A stretch of 64,000 nt of DNA from a virus, in the IMG/VR virus record IMGVR_UViG_3300026118_000001, positions 25,727-89,726 of that record; one strand, given 5' to 3'. The notes under the pieces were generated by a model, which had not been told where the DNA came from, did not search any database, and saw only the letters and a list, made by a program, of their open reading frames with translations. Below, in pieces: positions 30,999 through 41,063 of this stretch. Within the stretch, counting starts at the first letter, position 1; each line of letters begins with the position of its first letter. A program made the translations under genes and the position numbers.

Positions 30999-31565
30999 TT
31001 ATCTACAAGTGGTACATTCTTGATTTCTACACAACTTATTCAATTGTGTTAATGTATTGTTAAAAGTTGTGGTGTCATTACAGTTTAATGTGTATTCCAG
31101 TCCTTTTAACATTAAATATGCTTTTATAGAATTACTTTCTATAGATTTTATACAATCAGAGCATTCAGTATCAATATCTAAAAACATTGATTTTACACAA
31201 CAAGCTACATTACAATAAAGTCCTTGTGTTATTGTCTGTGTTATTATTGTTCCTAATGTTGTTGTAACAGTGTATATAAATGTGTATAATCCATCAGTGA
31301 TAGTTCCACTTGAATATCCTATATCTTCTCCAAGAATTGTAAATTCTAATGTTTTATCTGTTGTTGGAAATCCTGTTAATGTAATAACTGTTTCAACATC
31401 AGTGGGTGATGTTATTGTTAATGTAGCAGTGGCATTTGTTATACTTTCATTTGGTGAATTATAACCATTTAAATTATCTAATGAATAAGCTCCTGTGTTA
31501 TCATTGAATATCAATGAAGAACATCCGTTTACTTGACAGATAGAGAATTGTGTAGTAATTGCCAT
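30999..31565 (-). CDS. Tail hub protein (start at MAITTQF preferred)
   Basis: D.TG.Y...N..GY, DGLY.F.Y, Cys-rich C-terminus (CC, CSDC, C...CTTC); crAss-like synteny. Confidence 0.5.
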   Translation of the reverse strand: MAITTQFSICQVNGCSSLIFNDNTGAYSLDNLNGYNSPNESITNATATLTITSPTDVETVITLTGFPTTDKTLEFTILGEDIGYSSGTITDGLYTFIYTVTTTLGTIITQTITQGLYCNVACCVKSMFLDIDTECSDCIKSIESNSIKAYLMLKGLEYTLNCNDTTTFNNTLTQLNKLCRNQECTTCR

Positions 31566-31585
31566 TGTATTTATATATTTTAAAC

Positions 31586-31648
31586 TAAAAAAGACACTTA
31601 ACCCCCTAGACAAGAGAAAGGAAGAAAACTAGATCTAGGGGGTGTGTC
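31586..31648 (-). terminator. Hairpin/terminator after auxiliary capsid gene
   Basis: GACAC..CCCCTAGA / TCTAGGGG..GTGTC inverted repeat followed by a T run on the minus strand. Confidence 0.6.
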
Positions 31649-31687
31649 AATAATAATAGTGTCTTCCTTCACTATTCAATCAATTTA

Positions 31688-33007
31688 TTAAATAGCTATA
31701 TCTGCTGGTGATAGAGGTGTTGTAACCATCCAACCATTCAATATATCCATCCAATCTTGACTTTCTGCTGATGCAGTAGTCATTGCTGAGTTACCTGTTT
31801 GACCAGATATAATAGCTGGGGATGCTATGACAATGTTTTTTCTTGAAAGTTGACCTACACCAGAACCATCTTGTAATGTTACATCTTGTACAGTGATATT
31901 AATTATATCATACCAAGCTTTAACTAAAACAACTCCTGTTGCATTTGTAGTGGTGGCTACTGCTGTTAAAATTGCTACAGTTGTAGATGCCATATATTTT
32001 ACTTCATAGAATACACCATCAAGTGATACAATTGATCCTGGTTGTATTTGAGGGCCTGTTGCTACAGAAGCACTAAATGTTACTGAATCAACTCCAATAG
32101 TTGTTGCTGATGTAATTGTGTATGCTCCAGTTGTATAACCTGCTGAACTAGCCAAAAATGATTGTGTTGGAATAGGCCAAGTTGTTCTGTTAAGCAATCC
32201 ATAGTATTTATTTTCTAAGTTATAAACTTGATTATAAGTACCAGTACCATATTTCATTGTTTGAATTTGTGAACAAGTTGTTGCACCAAATCCACTTGAA
32301 TCATCTACATGACAAGAGAAATTAACTAATTCTTCTTGATATTGTGTATTTTGAAATTGATTAATTGTTAATCCAGTTACTTCAACACCATGATTAGTAG
32401 CTCCAGTTAATCCATAAGCTCCAGTACCATCACCAACTACTACTGCAATGATTTCTTTTACCCCAGAAACAGATGAACCAAATGCTGAACTATTAATAGC
32501 AGCAGCTAATTGAGTTGCAATACTTAATTGAGTTGCACTTGCAGAAGATGTAAATGAAATTGAAAGTCTTTCTGGTCTAACTGAATAGAAAGATTTATCA
32601 TTTTTAAATATAATACTTGCAGTGTATTCAGTAGAAGCATTTACTTCAATTGAACCAGTGGCAGCAGTTGCTGTTGAACTTGATGTATCAGGATTTGTTA
32701 AATGTGCTCTAGTATAACCAAATCCCCAAACACAACGTCTTGAAGGTTGATAACTTTCACCTTTAAATCCTACAACAGAGGTTCCTCTTATTGGATTACT
32801 TTTTTTGAAATCACCATTAGCTAGTTTATTAACTATTTGTATATAAGGTTGTGTCCTTATTGTATCATTACCTGCTGGATCTAATGTCAGCATATCTGAA
32901 CCAACAACACCTGTTTGAACAGCAATTGCATTTAGTGCTGTATTATTTGCACTTAGAGCAGCACCTGCACCTATAAAAATTTCTGTTACATTTCTTTGAA
33001 TACTCAT
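31688..33007 (-). CDS. Putative auxiliary capsid / structural protein
   Basis: 439 aa, Ala/Thr/Ser-rich, GTGTYNQV..LE; downstream of capsid genes. Confidence 0.5.
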   Translation of the reverse strand: MSIQRNVTEIFIGAGAALSANNTALNAIAVQTGVVGSDMLTLDPAGNDTIRTQPYIQIVNKLANGDFKKSNPIRGTSVVGFKGESYQPSRRCVWGFGYTRAHLTNPDTSSSTATAATGSIEVNASTEYTASIIFKNDKSFYSVRPERLSISFTSSASATQLSIATQLAAAINSSAFGSSVSGVKEIIAVVVGDGTGAYGLTGATNHGVEVTGLTINQFQNTQYQEELVNFSCHVDDSSGFGATTCSQIQTMKYGTGTYNQVYNLENKYYGLLNRTTWPIPTQSFLASSAGYTTGAYTITSATTIGVDSVTFSASVATGPQIQPGSIVSLDGVFYEVKYMASTTVAILTAVATTTNATGVVLVKAWYDIINITVQDVTLQDGSGVGQLSRKNIVIASPAIISGQTGNSAMTTASAESQDWMDILNGWMVTTPLSPADIAI

Positions 33008-33064
33008 TTTAATTTTTTATTAATTTGAAATTATTATTTATTTTGTTTTGTTTATTGTTTATTA

Positions 33065-33730
33065 TTATCCTGCAAATGGTGTTGCTACACTACCTGTTGC
33101 TGTTTGTGTTCCATTTACTAACCAAGCATTTAATCCTGTACAAACTACAGTGTATTGATCTCCAATTATTCCACCTGTTGTACTTCCATTTCCGCTCACT
33201 TTATAATTACTAGAACCATTTGGTGCATATTTTGCAAATGCTGGTGTAGCTGTAACTTGTTGCATAATTGAACTTCCAGCTATAAATAAGTCAGAAGATG
33301 AAGCTCCTTGAATAATTGCAGCATTACTTGTAACTGTTGCAGTTTGAATAAATTTAAATGTTACACCTACATTAGCAGCAGTTGCAGCAGGTAATGTAAA
33401 TACATTTCCAGCAGCAGCATTCAATAAACATATTGCTCCTGATTGACTAGCAGTTAAAACTGTAGGAGAAGCATATGCAGTTCCAGCTATTACTGGAGAT
33501 TGAATTGAAGTTCCACTACCAGCAGTTCCTGGAGAAATTATAGGAGTTGTTAGAGAGGTTGTTGCAGTTAATGTTGCTGCTGATGCTGAAGTGAATGATA
33601 ATACACCAGAAGCTGATGAAATTGAGTTCAATCTATCAATAATAGATTTTATAACAGCATATTGTGCTCTTGGAAATTGTTGAATTATAGCACCTGTTGA
33701 TGGCTGTAATGGTAATGATATTAGTGTCAT
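33065..33730 (-). CDS. Putative capsid decoration / head fibre protein
   Basis: LTASQSG...TLPAAT..NVG..F.F and GG..GD pattern; Ala/Thr-rich. Confidence 0.45.
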   Translation of the reverse strand: MTLISLPLQPSTGAIIQQFPRAQYAVIKSIIDRLNSISSASGVLSFTSASAATLTATTSLTTPIISPGTAGSGTSIQSPVIAGTAYASPTVLTASQSGAICLLNAAAGNVFTLPAATAANVGVTFKFIQTATVTSNAAIIQGASSSDLFIAGSSIMQQVTATPAFAKYAPNGSSNYKVSGNGSTTGGIIGDQYTVVCTGLNAWLVNGTQTATGSVATPFAG

Positions 33731-33750
33731 TTAATTAATATTAAATTTGT

Positions 33751-34440
33751 TTATTCTGTTTTATTTAGTACTATTTGTGAATAAGTATTAATTCTATTAG
33801 TTTCAATATTTTCAAGAGCAATCATAATAGCTGTATTTACTATTTCCTGATGTGTGTGTTCAGATAATTCACAATCTACATTTGGTAAATTACTACTATC
33901 TATTCTAACTGGTCTTTTTATATATCTTATTTTATAAGAATTGATTGTTGATGTTGGACTATGTAGTAATTCTACACCTTCTTTTGTCATTAATCTTAAT
34001 ACTTTTTCATCAGTGGGTTTAGCAAATGGATTACTGATTATTTTACTATAATCATTATGTTGTATTCCAAGAGTGAAGACATCTTCTGTTTTACTTACTC
34101 CACAATCAGTAAATGTAAGATTTGTTAATTCTTGTATTGTTATCCAATGATCTGCTGGTAATGTTATAAAGTTTGCATTAGAGTTAATATTATCACTTGT
34201 ATTTGCTAAAGGTGTAATATTTTGTGTAACTATTAATGCTTTTAAATCTTCTGTTCTTTTTTGAGTTTCTTCAAAAGATTCTTTCTTTATATTATTATAT
34301 CCATATCTCTGCTTAACAAAAGCATCTTGAGCTTGATTTAATACTAAATCTATTTCCTCTGGTTCAAGATTTGGATAATTTTTGCTATCAAATTTATCTA
34401 ATCCTTGTTTAAAGGATATGACCATTTCTGAAGCTGTCAT
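33751..34440 (-). CDS. Tail ring / head-tail adaptor protein
   Basis: EID..LNQAQ, FEETQKR.EDL..L, Y.IRYIKRP, CELSEHTHQEIV..A. Confidence 0.65.
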   Translation of the reverse strand: MTASEMVISFKQGLDKFDSKNYPNLEPEEIDLVLNQAQDAFVKQRYGYNNIKKESFEETQKRTEDLKALIVTQNITPLANTSDNINSNANFITLPADHWITIQELTNLTFTDCGVSKTEDVFTLGIQHNDYSKIISNPFAKPTDEKVLRLMTKEGVELLHSPTSTINSYKIRYIKRPVRIDSSNLPNVDCELSEHTHQEIVNTAIMIALENIETNRINTYSQIVLNKTE

Positions 34441-35234
34441 TATTTTTTAGTTTTAGTTGCTGCTGTAGCTGCTAGTTTAACTGATTGATTTCTTAAATCT
34501 TTAAAATAAGCAATTACTGATTCTACAGAACTTCCAATAGTTTCATTTTGAAATGTGTAATAATTACCTTTTTTAATTAAAACACCACCTTCAAGCATTT
34601 CTTCAATTTCAATTCTTAATTTAATATCAGGATTCTCATAAAGTTCTAAGAATTTCTTTGGATTAGCATCTACTTCTTTAAATAAAGAGGTATTTACAAA
34701 AGCTTCACTCACTGTATCTAATCCACGTTTACCATATAGCTTCAAATAACCTTTTTTCTCTTCTAAAGAAAGTGTTCTTAGAGCATCTAAGGCATTCATC
34801 TTATAATTGATAATAACTTCTTCAACTTTAGCTTTAGCCTCTTTATCATCAATAAAAAACTCTGCAAATGGTTTATTTTTTATATCAGTTTCATTAATTG
34901 CAATATTACTACGTTGCATTAATACACCAAGTTTTATTTCATCTAATAGAGTTTCAACACTAAAAATAAATGGTTTATCTGTTGGTAGTCTTAAATTCAA
35001 CAATGGTCCCCAATATTCTGCATTATTTCTTGATAAAGTTCCTTTTGGAAGACCTAATTCTTCACAATAAAGAGTTTCTTGTTCTTTTGTTAAACCAGTT
35101 TTATATAAACCAGTTTTCATTTCCAATTGAGCACCCTCAATTGCTATCCCTGTTCCTGAATAATTAGATATTCCAGAAAATTTACTTCTTGGAATTGCTT
35201 TAATTACTACTTTCTTTGGTGTTATTTCTATCAT
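34440..35234 (-). CDS. Conserved crAss-like protein downstream of major capsid gene
   Basis: 264 aa; synteny between major capsid and ring genes. Confidence 0.5.
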   Translation of the reverse strand: MIEITPKKVVIKAIPRSKFSGISNYSGTGIAIEGAQLEMKTGLYKTGLTKEQETLYCEELGLPKGTLSRNNAEYWGPLLNLRLPTDKPFIFSVETLLDEIKLGVLMQRSNIAINETDIKNKPFAEFFIDDKEAKAKVEEVIINYKMNALDALRTLSLEEKKGYLKLYGKRGLDTVSEAFVNTSLFKEVDANPKKFLELYENPDIKLRIEIEEMLEGGVLIKKGNYYTFQNETIGSSVESVIAYFKDLRNQSVKLAATAATKTKK

Positions 35235-35276
35235 TTTAATTTTTCCTTTATTAATTTTCTGTAATGTTCTCTATTT

Positions 35277-35312
35277 TAAATATAGTTAAAATAAATGATA
35301 TTATCAACTTAT
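35277..35312 (-). promoter_or_regulatory. Promoter
   Basis: ATAAGTTG-N20-TATATTTA on minus strand. Confidence 0.7.
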
Positions 35313-35332
35313 TATTTAACTATTTATAATTT

Positions 35333-35375
35333 AATAAGAGATGATAAAAGTTTTTAGTTTCTACCATCTCTTATT
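35333..35375 (-). terminator. Hairpin/terminator after major capsid gene
   Basis: AATAAGAGATG / CATCTCTTATT inverted repeat. Confidence 0.6.
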
Positions 35376-35385
35376 TAATCTTATA

Positions 35386-36840
35386 TTAACTAATATTATC
35401 AATATCCAAAATTAATTGGGCTGCATCAGTTGGATTTCTCAACATGATTCCCTGTTCAGACATTGCAATGAAATCATATCCATCTTTACCTGTTGCAGAA
35501 CTACCATTCCTTTTAGGACCAGTTGGGCCATATAAACCTTCAACATAAGTAGTAACCATTTCCCTACCTTTTGTATAAACCTTTTGAATATTAGGTTCTC
35601 CACCTGAATATGATTTAAAGTTTAAGAAAGTTGCTTTATATGATTCTGCTGGTCTTCCTGTTTGAGGATGTAAAGCTCTATTTCTCCAAGTGTTATTATA
35701 TGGAGCATATTGTTTCAATGTAATTTTATCTCCATTTAAACCAACATATGTTTTAAATTGATTTCCAAATTTCAAATCTTGATCTCCACCTTGAATAAAA
35801 TGACTATCAACAAGTGTATAATTGGAAGCAGAACGTTTCATTGCTTGGTCAAATAGATCCATGAAATTTCTACCACATAATGCAATATATTCACGTTCAC
35901 CATCTTCAGTACCATTGAATGCTAAATCATTCATGAAATTCCTAATAGTATTTTCTGTTAGTGAAGTGTAATAACGTTTGTTAGATGGAGCAATTTGTTG
36001 TTCTAAACCTGCTGACAAATAAACTGGATGACCACTAGCACCTTTCATATCAGTGGTACCATCTGCTTTAATATTTGATTTACCATACATTAAAAGTAAT
36101 TCAATTTCATCCATCCATTGACACCAGAATTCCCATTCTGCATATTTAACCCATGTAGAAGCTAATTCAGTTCCATCAGGATTCATCAATTTCATTTCTA
36201 ACACTTTATCATGTACAGCACCTGTAATAGAATATTTCTTTCTAACAGTTGACATATAATTTTGCATTAACACTGGTGTAGTAAAATGAGTTTCACCTGA
36301 AGTTTCAGAAGCATCATTTTCAACAGCATTAAAATCTTTAGATAATTCTTTACCTACAGCAAGTAATGATGCTGGAATATAATCTGCTTGGTTATTTGAT
36401 ACTAGTTGTAATGTTAAGATCATATCAGTACCATCATCATATGGACTTCCCATTACTCTCATTGAATAACGTCCATCATCTGGAATTAAAATATCACCTT
36501 CTGCAAACCAACGTTCTCCAACACCTACTTTAAATGTGGTTGAAGCAATACCAGGAGTTGCTGTTACAGCATCAAATACACCCCTTGTAATAGGAATAGC
36601 TTTTCTACTATCACCCATAATAGACCAACGATAAATAATATCATTCATCTCTTTAGCTTTACCCATACCACTGGTTAAATAGGATAGAGCATTTTTATAG
36701 TTATTTTGTTTATTGTAAACTCGTGTAACAATCAAACTAGCCATTTCTGGTTTAGTTAAAAAGAATGTACGCAAGTGGTTGGCATCAGTTAAACCTGCGT
36801 GCCAGTTCTGTTTGCTAATCTGTAAATCGCTTATTTGCAT
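35386..36840 (-). CDS. Major capsid protein (crAss-like, HK97 fold)
   Basis: 484 aa; GLTDANHL, RKKYSITG, W...E..LMYGKSN, GLEQQI, DGY motifs; position downstream of portal and scaffold; biased codon use (CGT). Confidence 0.85.
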   Translation of the reverse strand: MQISDLQISKQNWHAGLTDANHLRTFFLTKPEMASLIVTRVYNKQNNYKNALSYLTSGMGKAKEMNDIIYRWSIMGDSRKAIPITRGVFDAVTATPGIASTTFKVGVGERWFAEGDILIPDDGRYSMRVMGSPYDDGTDMILTLQLVSNNQADYIPASLLAVGKELSKDFNAVENDASETSGETHFTTPVLMQNYMSTVRKKYSITGAVHDKVLEMKLMNPDGTELASTWVKYAEWEFWCQWMDEIELLLMYGKSNIKADGTTDMKGASGHPVYLSAGLEQQIAPSNKRYYTSLTENTIRNFMNDLAFNGTEDGEREYIALCGRNFMDLFDQAMKRSASNYTLVDSHFIQGGDQDLKFGNQFKTYVGLNGDKITLKQYAPYNNTWRNRALHPQTGRPAESYKATFLNFKSYSGGEPNIQKVYTKGREMVTTYVEGLYGPTGPKRNGSSATGKDGYDFIAMSEQGIMLRNPTDAAQLILDIDNIS

Positions 36841-36866
36841 TTTTATTGTTGTTTATTGTTTAATCT

Positions 36867-38006
36867 TTATATTTTTAGTTTAGCAAATCCAGCAAATGGA
36901 TCTGAATCTATATCATCTTTTGTAATTTTGCTTTGAGGAGATTTTTGTTTTTGTCTTGTATCTGTAAAATTACCAAGTTTACCTCTTAGTTCACTTACTT
37001 TTTTTGTTTCAAGTGATTTTTCAAGACTACTAACATCCCATTTATTTTTAAGAAGGTATGCAAAAATATATCTGGAGTCTTCATTTTCTTTCATATCTTT
37101 TTGATATGCTGTCTCTTGAGATTTTTTATCAACAACTTTAGTCATATAATCCCAAAGATCATTTTTTGTTTTGGGAGTCATTGGAAAACTACCAATTTTT
37201 TCCTTATCAAAAAGTCCTTTTTTAAAACTATCCCATTCAGCTTGTCTTTTTTCTTCCTCTTGTTTAGCATATTGCTTTTGAGATTCAAGAAAAATATTCT
37301 TTTGTTCTTTTTCTACTTTTTGTAGTTTCTTTAAATGTGTAGCAGCTTTAGTTGCTAGTTTCTCTGTATCTTTATATAGATTTATTTGATCTTCGATTTC
37401 AGCTTCATCATAATCTTCAAGTTTTAAAGCCTCTCTAATTACATATTCCTGATTTTCCTCATTATCTATATTGAATTCTTCAAAACTACCATCTTCATAA
37501 TAATACTTATGAAAATCTGCTGGTTTACCACCTTGTTCAATGAACTCTAAGAACTTTTTACCATCTTCTGGTATAGTTTCTTTATATTTAGTAATACCTT
37601 TTTTAATTGTATTATCTGTAACTCTTAATAGATCCTTTTCAGATTCTATTTTTTCACCTTCTTCTAAATCAATAACACCTTCTTCTTCTAAGAATTTAGC
37701 AAATCCTAAGAATGGATTTGAATCTTCTGTTTCTTTCTGTTCAATAGAAGTTTCTTTAATATCATCCTCAACAACCTTTTTTGTTGTTTTTCCTTTATCA
37801 GGTTTAGATGCAGCTTCAAGAGCAGCCAACTCATCTTCAGATAAGTCATCATCTTCTACTTCTTTTAGAATTGGTTCTTTCTCTTTAGGTTCCTCTTTCT
37901 TAGAAACTTTAAGTTTTGGTGCTGGGTTATTTAAATTTTGATTTAAAATATCAAATCCACCAAATGGATCAATAACTTCTTCTGGTACTTCTTTAATTTT
38001 TGTCAT
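36867..38006 (-). CDS. Acidic scaffold-like protein
   Basis: Highly acidic, coiled-coil; DPFGGF / NPFLGF / DPFAGF repeats; directly upstream of major capsid gene. Confidence 0.55.
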   Translation of the reverse strand: MTKIKEVPEEVIDPFGGFDILNQNLNNPAPKLKVSKKEEPKEKEPILKEVEDDDLSEDELAALEAASKPDKGKTTKKVVEDDIKETSIEQKETEDSNPFLGFAKFLEEEGVIDLEEGEKIESEKDLLRVTDNTIKKGITKYKETIPEDGKKFLEFIEQGGKPADFHKYYYEDGSFEEFNIDNEENQEYVIREALKLEDYDEAEIEDQINLYKDTEKLATKAATHLKKLQKVEKEQKNIFLESQKQYAKQEEEKRQAEWDSFKKGLFDKEKIGSFPMTPKTKNDLWDYMTKVVDKKSQETAYQKDMKENEDSRYIFAYLLKNKWDVSSLEKSLETKKVSELRGKLGNFTDTRQKQKSPQSKITKDDIDSDPFAGFAKLKI

Positions 38007-38036
38007 TTTATAATTTCCTTTATTATATCCTTTAAT

Positions 38037-38072
38037 TGAATATACATTTTTTTAACTAATTATGCAACTTAT
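38037..38072 (-). promoter_or_regulatory. Promoter for scaffold/capsid genes
   Basis: ATAAGTTG-N20-TATATTCA on minus strand. Confidence 0.65.
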
Positions 38073-38090
38073 TTGTTAATTATTTTTATA

Positions 38091-38480
38091 TTATTTTAAA
38101 TTTTCTAGTTTATATATTGTTGAATAAACTAATTTGGTTATTTCATCAATTTGATTTTGCATATAAGTTTCTTTAAATTTTGAATAAATATCTCCATCAT
38201 CTATTGATTTAACAAATGCTTTTAATACCGTTAATTCATTAGTTGAAGAATTTGAACTTGGTATTATAATAGATTGTATTCCGTATTTTCCTTGATAACT
38301 TTCAATTAATCCATCAATTAAATCTAATAATTCATCATAGAATGAACCTAGTGCCATATGTATAGCATATGATTTAGCTGCTAAATGACATAAATGTGTT
38401 TGATCTCTTAATTGAAATAGTTTACCAAAGAAATTTGGAATTGATATTGTATTACTTGTTGTAAACTTTAACTCTTTCAT
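38091..38480 (-). CDS. Ferritin/Dps-like four-helix protein (DUF5856-like)
   Basis: THLCHL..KSYAIHMALGSFYD.L.DLID.LIESYQGKYG...NQIDEI..L..STIYKL. Confidence 0.7.
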   Translation of the reverse strand: MKELKFTTSNTISIPNFFGKLFQLRDQTHLCHLAAKSYAIHMALGSFYDELLDLIDGLIESYQGKYGIQSIIIPSSNSSTNELTVLKAFVKSIDDGDIYSKFKETYMQNQIDEITKLVYSTIYKLENLK

Positions 38481-41062
38481 TATTTCTTTTTAATTGTTGG
38501 TTTATTTCTAGCAGCTATTTTTTTAACTGCTATTTCTTTTTCTTTTAATTTAAGTTGTTTGTCTTGCATTTTTTCTTGAGATTTATTTTGAACTTCTGTT
38601 TGTTTTATTTTTAGTTTCTCAACCATTTCTCTAGATTTAAGTTTATCTTTTTCAAGTGATACTTTATCATTGTGTTGTTTCTCTTTATTTTTTTCAACTA
38701 AAGTTTTATGAAATACATCACTTTCATGTTTTTGTCTTTCTAGAGCTACTTTATTTAATTCAAGAACATCTGGTATTTGATTTTGATTAACATCTGTTTC
38801 TTTAGCAAAACCTAATGCGGATATTGTGGCTGTTTCTATTTTAGTATTATTAGTTGTATCGGCTATATAAATATCTTTATCTCTATCTTTTTGTTTTTCA
38901 TCAGAATTGTAGTTTTGTAAATCTTGTTCATGTTGTTGTTGATACATTAATACTTGTTTCTCATGATCTTGCTGTTGTTTAGAAGTATCTTGTTGTCTTT
39001 GATAGAATTCCGCTTCTGCTCTTTTTAATATATTAACTATATCTTTAGGACTATCATTTAATACTGTGTCTATAATTTGTGATAAATCAACTTTTTGTTG
39101 TTCCATTGCTACTTGAGCTAATTGATCTAGTTTTGATTTTATTAATTTATCCTTATCTAAGTTAGATACAAATACAGCAAATTCAGAATTTTCAAATTCA
39201 AATTCTTCTAGGTGTAACATTTCTAATGTTAAGTCATCATTAACATATTGTGTAACCATTCCATTTCTATAACATATTTTTGCTATTTCAATTAATGATT
39301 CATATATTCTTCTTCTAACTTCCTGATGACTATCAAATAGATATTGTGTAATTGTTTCAGATTGATTAATAGTTTGTTGTACATTTCCAACAGCTTCATC
39401 CTGATGTATTTTACCCATTCTTTGTTGTGATACTCCAGATACAGTATAAATCTGTTGTTCTAGAAATGATAAATAATTCATGTATTGTTGAACAGAGTTT
39501 GTTAAACTCATATCCAATGTAGTAAATTGGTTAAAATGATTACCTGCTAATTTACCTAATGCTTGACCTTTTTTACCTTCTTCAAATGAATTTATGAATG
39601 CTATTTTATTTTCTTTTAAATAATACATCCAATCATCTAAACTAATTCCTTCACTTTTAGGAATTTGAGCTAAATCCATTAGCATGATTTTACCTAAATC
39701 ACTAGCAAATACTAATTGTAATTTCCAAGAAATAATATCATATAAATATTGATAACTCTTTAATCTGTCAATTAAACTCACTGATTTAGAATTAGTTGCC
39801 TCATATAAAAATCCTGTATATCCTAATTTAGTGTAATAGGGATTATCCATTCTCACTCTTTGATTTGGTTTACTTCTAATACCAATATATATATCTGCTC
39901 CAATTCTTACACCTTCCCAAGCATCATTTTTCCAAAACCAATCTACATTGGCATCTGGATATACTTCTTTAAATTCTTTAAATAGTTTTTTAAATGATTC
40001 ATCTACTAGTTTTTTAACTACTTCTCCTGTTTCAGTGTCTGTATATTCTAATGTTCCAACTAGTTTCATACCCATCCATTCTACTCTATCAACTCTCAAT
40101 GAGAAATTACTTGAGTTATTATTAGTTGAACTACTAGAAGGTGTTACTCCTCCTAGTACATTTGTTCCTTGTACTACTTCAAATACAGGTGTAAATCCTC
40201 CAGTAGAGTTAAATGTTCCAAATATACCATTAGAATATGATTGAAGTTTATCTAGATCATCTTTGGATAATTCATCACCATATTCATCTATAATTGATGG
40301 AATTGTTAAAAGTCTTTCTTCAATTACAGCTATAGCATCATCAATGAACATATCACTATCATCTAGTATAACTGTCATATTTAGTGGATTACATCTTCTT
40401 AATGCTGGTTCTCCATTTAATATACCTGTCCAATAGATCTCTTCTCCTGCTATTAAAGCATCTTTAAATCCTTGATTTATTAATAACTTTGTTTGAAGTT
40501 TCTTTTTTAATATTTTTAATAACTTATTAGATTTAGATTCTAATAAATCTGATGGACTGGCTCTTTCTATTTTAAGAATTTCTTCTGGTGTTGGAGGAGG
40601 ATTATTAGGATCAATTGTTGATGGGTCTATTTCTCCTAATAATGATCTTTGTAAACTTTCAGTTATTCTTTCTTTTAATTTGGTAGTTTTTCTAGATATA
40701 TCTTGTGATGATTCTGAATAAACTAAAGCATTATCTGGTTTAACAGATTCTTCTCCTAATAGTTCATGTATAATTGGAGATATTTTATCATGATGAATAA
40801 ATGAATCTGCAAATGTTCCTGATTCATTCATTGGATCACATATTTTTCTAATATCTGTTATATCAACTCTACCATTAGCTAAATCATAATTAGTTATTTT
40901 CTTAGCTCTATCTGTTCTTAGATTAGTACCATTAGTATAACGAAAGTTAATATAATAATTAACTGATGCCTTCTTCCATTCTTCTGTTCTTTCTCTTTCT
41001 GTTACTCTTTGATTTGGTAGAGCAGAAGAACCACCAAGATTTTGTTCATTTGTAGAAGCCAT
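38480..41062 (-). CDS. Portal protein
   Basis: 860 aa downstream of terminase; F.DALIAGEEIY, SLIDRLKSYQYLY, SGVSQQRMG; long C-terminal coiled coil. Confidence 0.85.
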   Translation of the reverse strand: MASTNEQNLGGSSALPNQRVTERERTEEWKKASVNYYINFRYTNGTNLRTDRAKKITNYDLANGRVDITDIRKICDPMNESGTFADSFIHHDKISPIIHELLGEESVKPDNALVYSESSQDISRKTTKLKERITESLQRSLLGEIDPSTIDPNNPPPTPEEILKIERASPSDLLESKSNKLLKILKKKLQTKLLINQGFKDALIAGEEIYWTGILNGEPALRRCNPLNMTVILDDSDMFIDDAIAVIEERLLTIPSIIDEYGDELSKDDLDKLQSYSNGIFGTFNSTGGFTPVFEVVQGTNVLGGVTPSSSSTNNNSSNFSLRVDRVEWMGMKLVGTLEYTDTETGEVVKKLVDESFKKLFKEFKEVYPDANVDWFWKNDAWEGVRIGADIYIGIRSKPNQRVRMDNPYYTKLGYTGFLYEATNSKSVSLIDRLKSYQYLYDIISWKLQLVFASDLGKIMLMDLAQIPKSEGISLDDWMYYLKENKIAFINSFEEGKKGQALGKLAGNHFNQFTTLDMSLTNSVQQYMNYLSFLEQQIYTVSGVSQQRMGKIHQDEAVGNVQQTINQSETITQYLFDSHQEVRRRIYESLIEIAKICYRNGMVTQYVNDDLTLEMLHLEEFEFENSEFAVFVSNLDKDKLIKSKLDQLAQVAMEQQKVDLSQIIDTVLNDSPKDIVNILKRAEAEFYQRQQDTSKQQQDHEKQVLMYQQQHEQDLQNYNSDEKQKDRDKDIYIADTTNNTKIETATISALGFAKETDVNQNQIPDVLELNKVALERQKHESDVFHKTLVEKNKEKQHNDKVSLEKDKLKSREMVEKLKIKQTEVQNKSQEKMQDKQLKLKEKEIAVKKIAARNKPTIKKK

Positions 41063-41063
41063 T

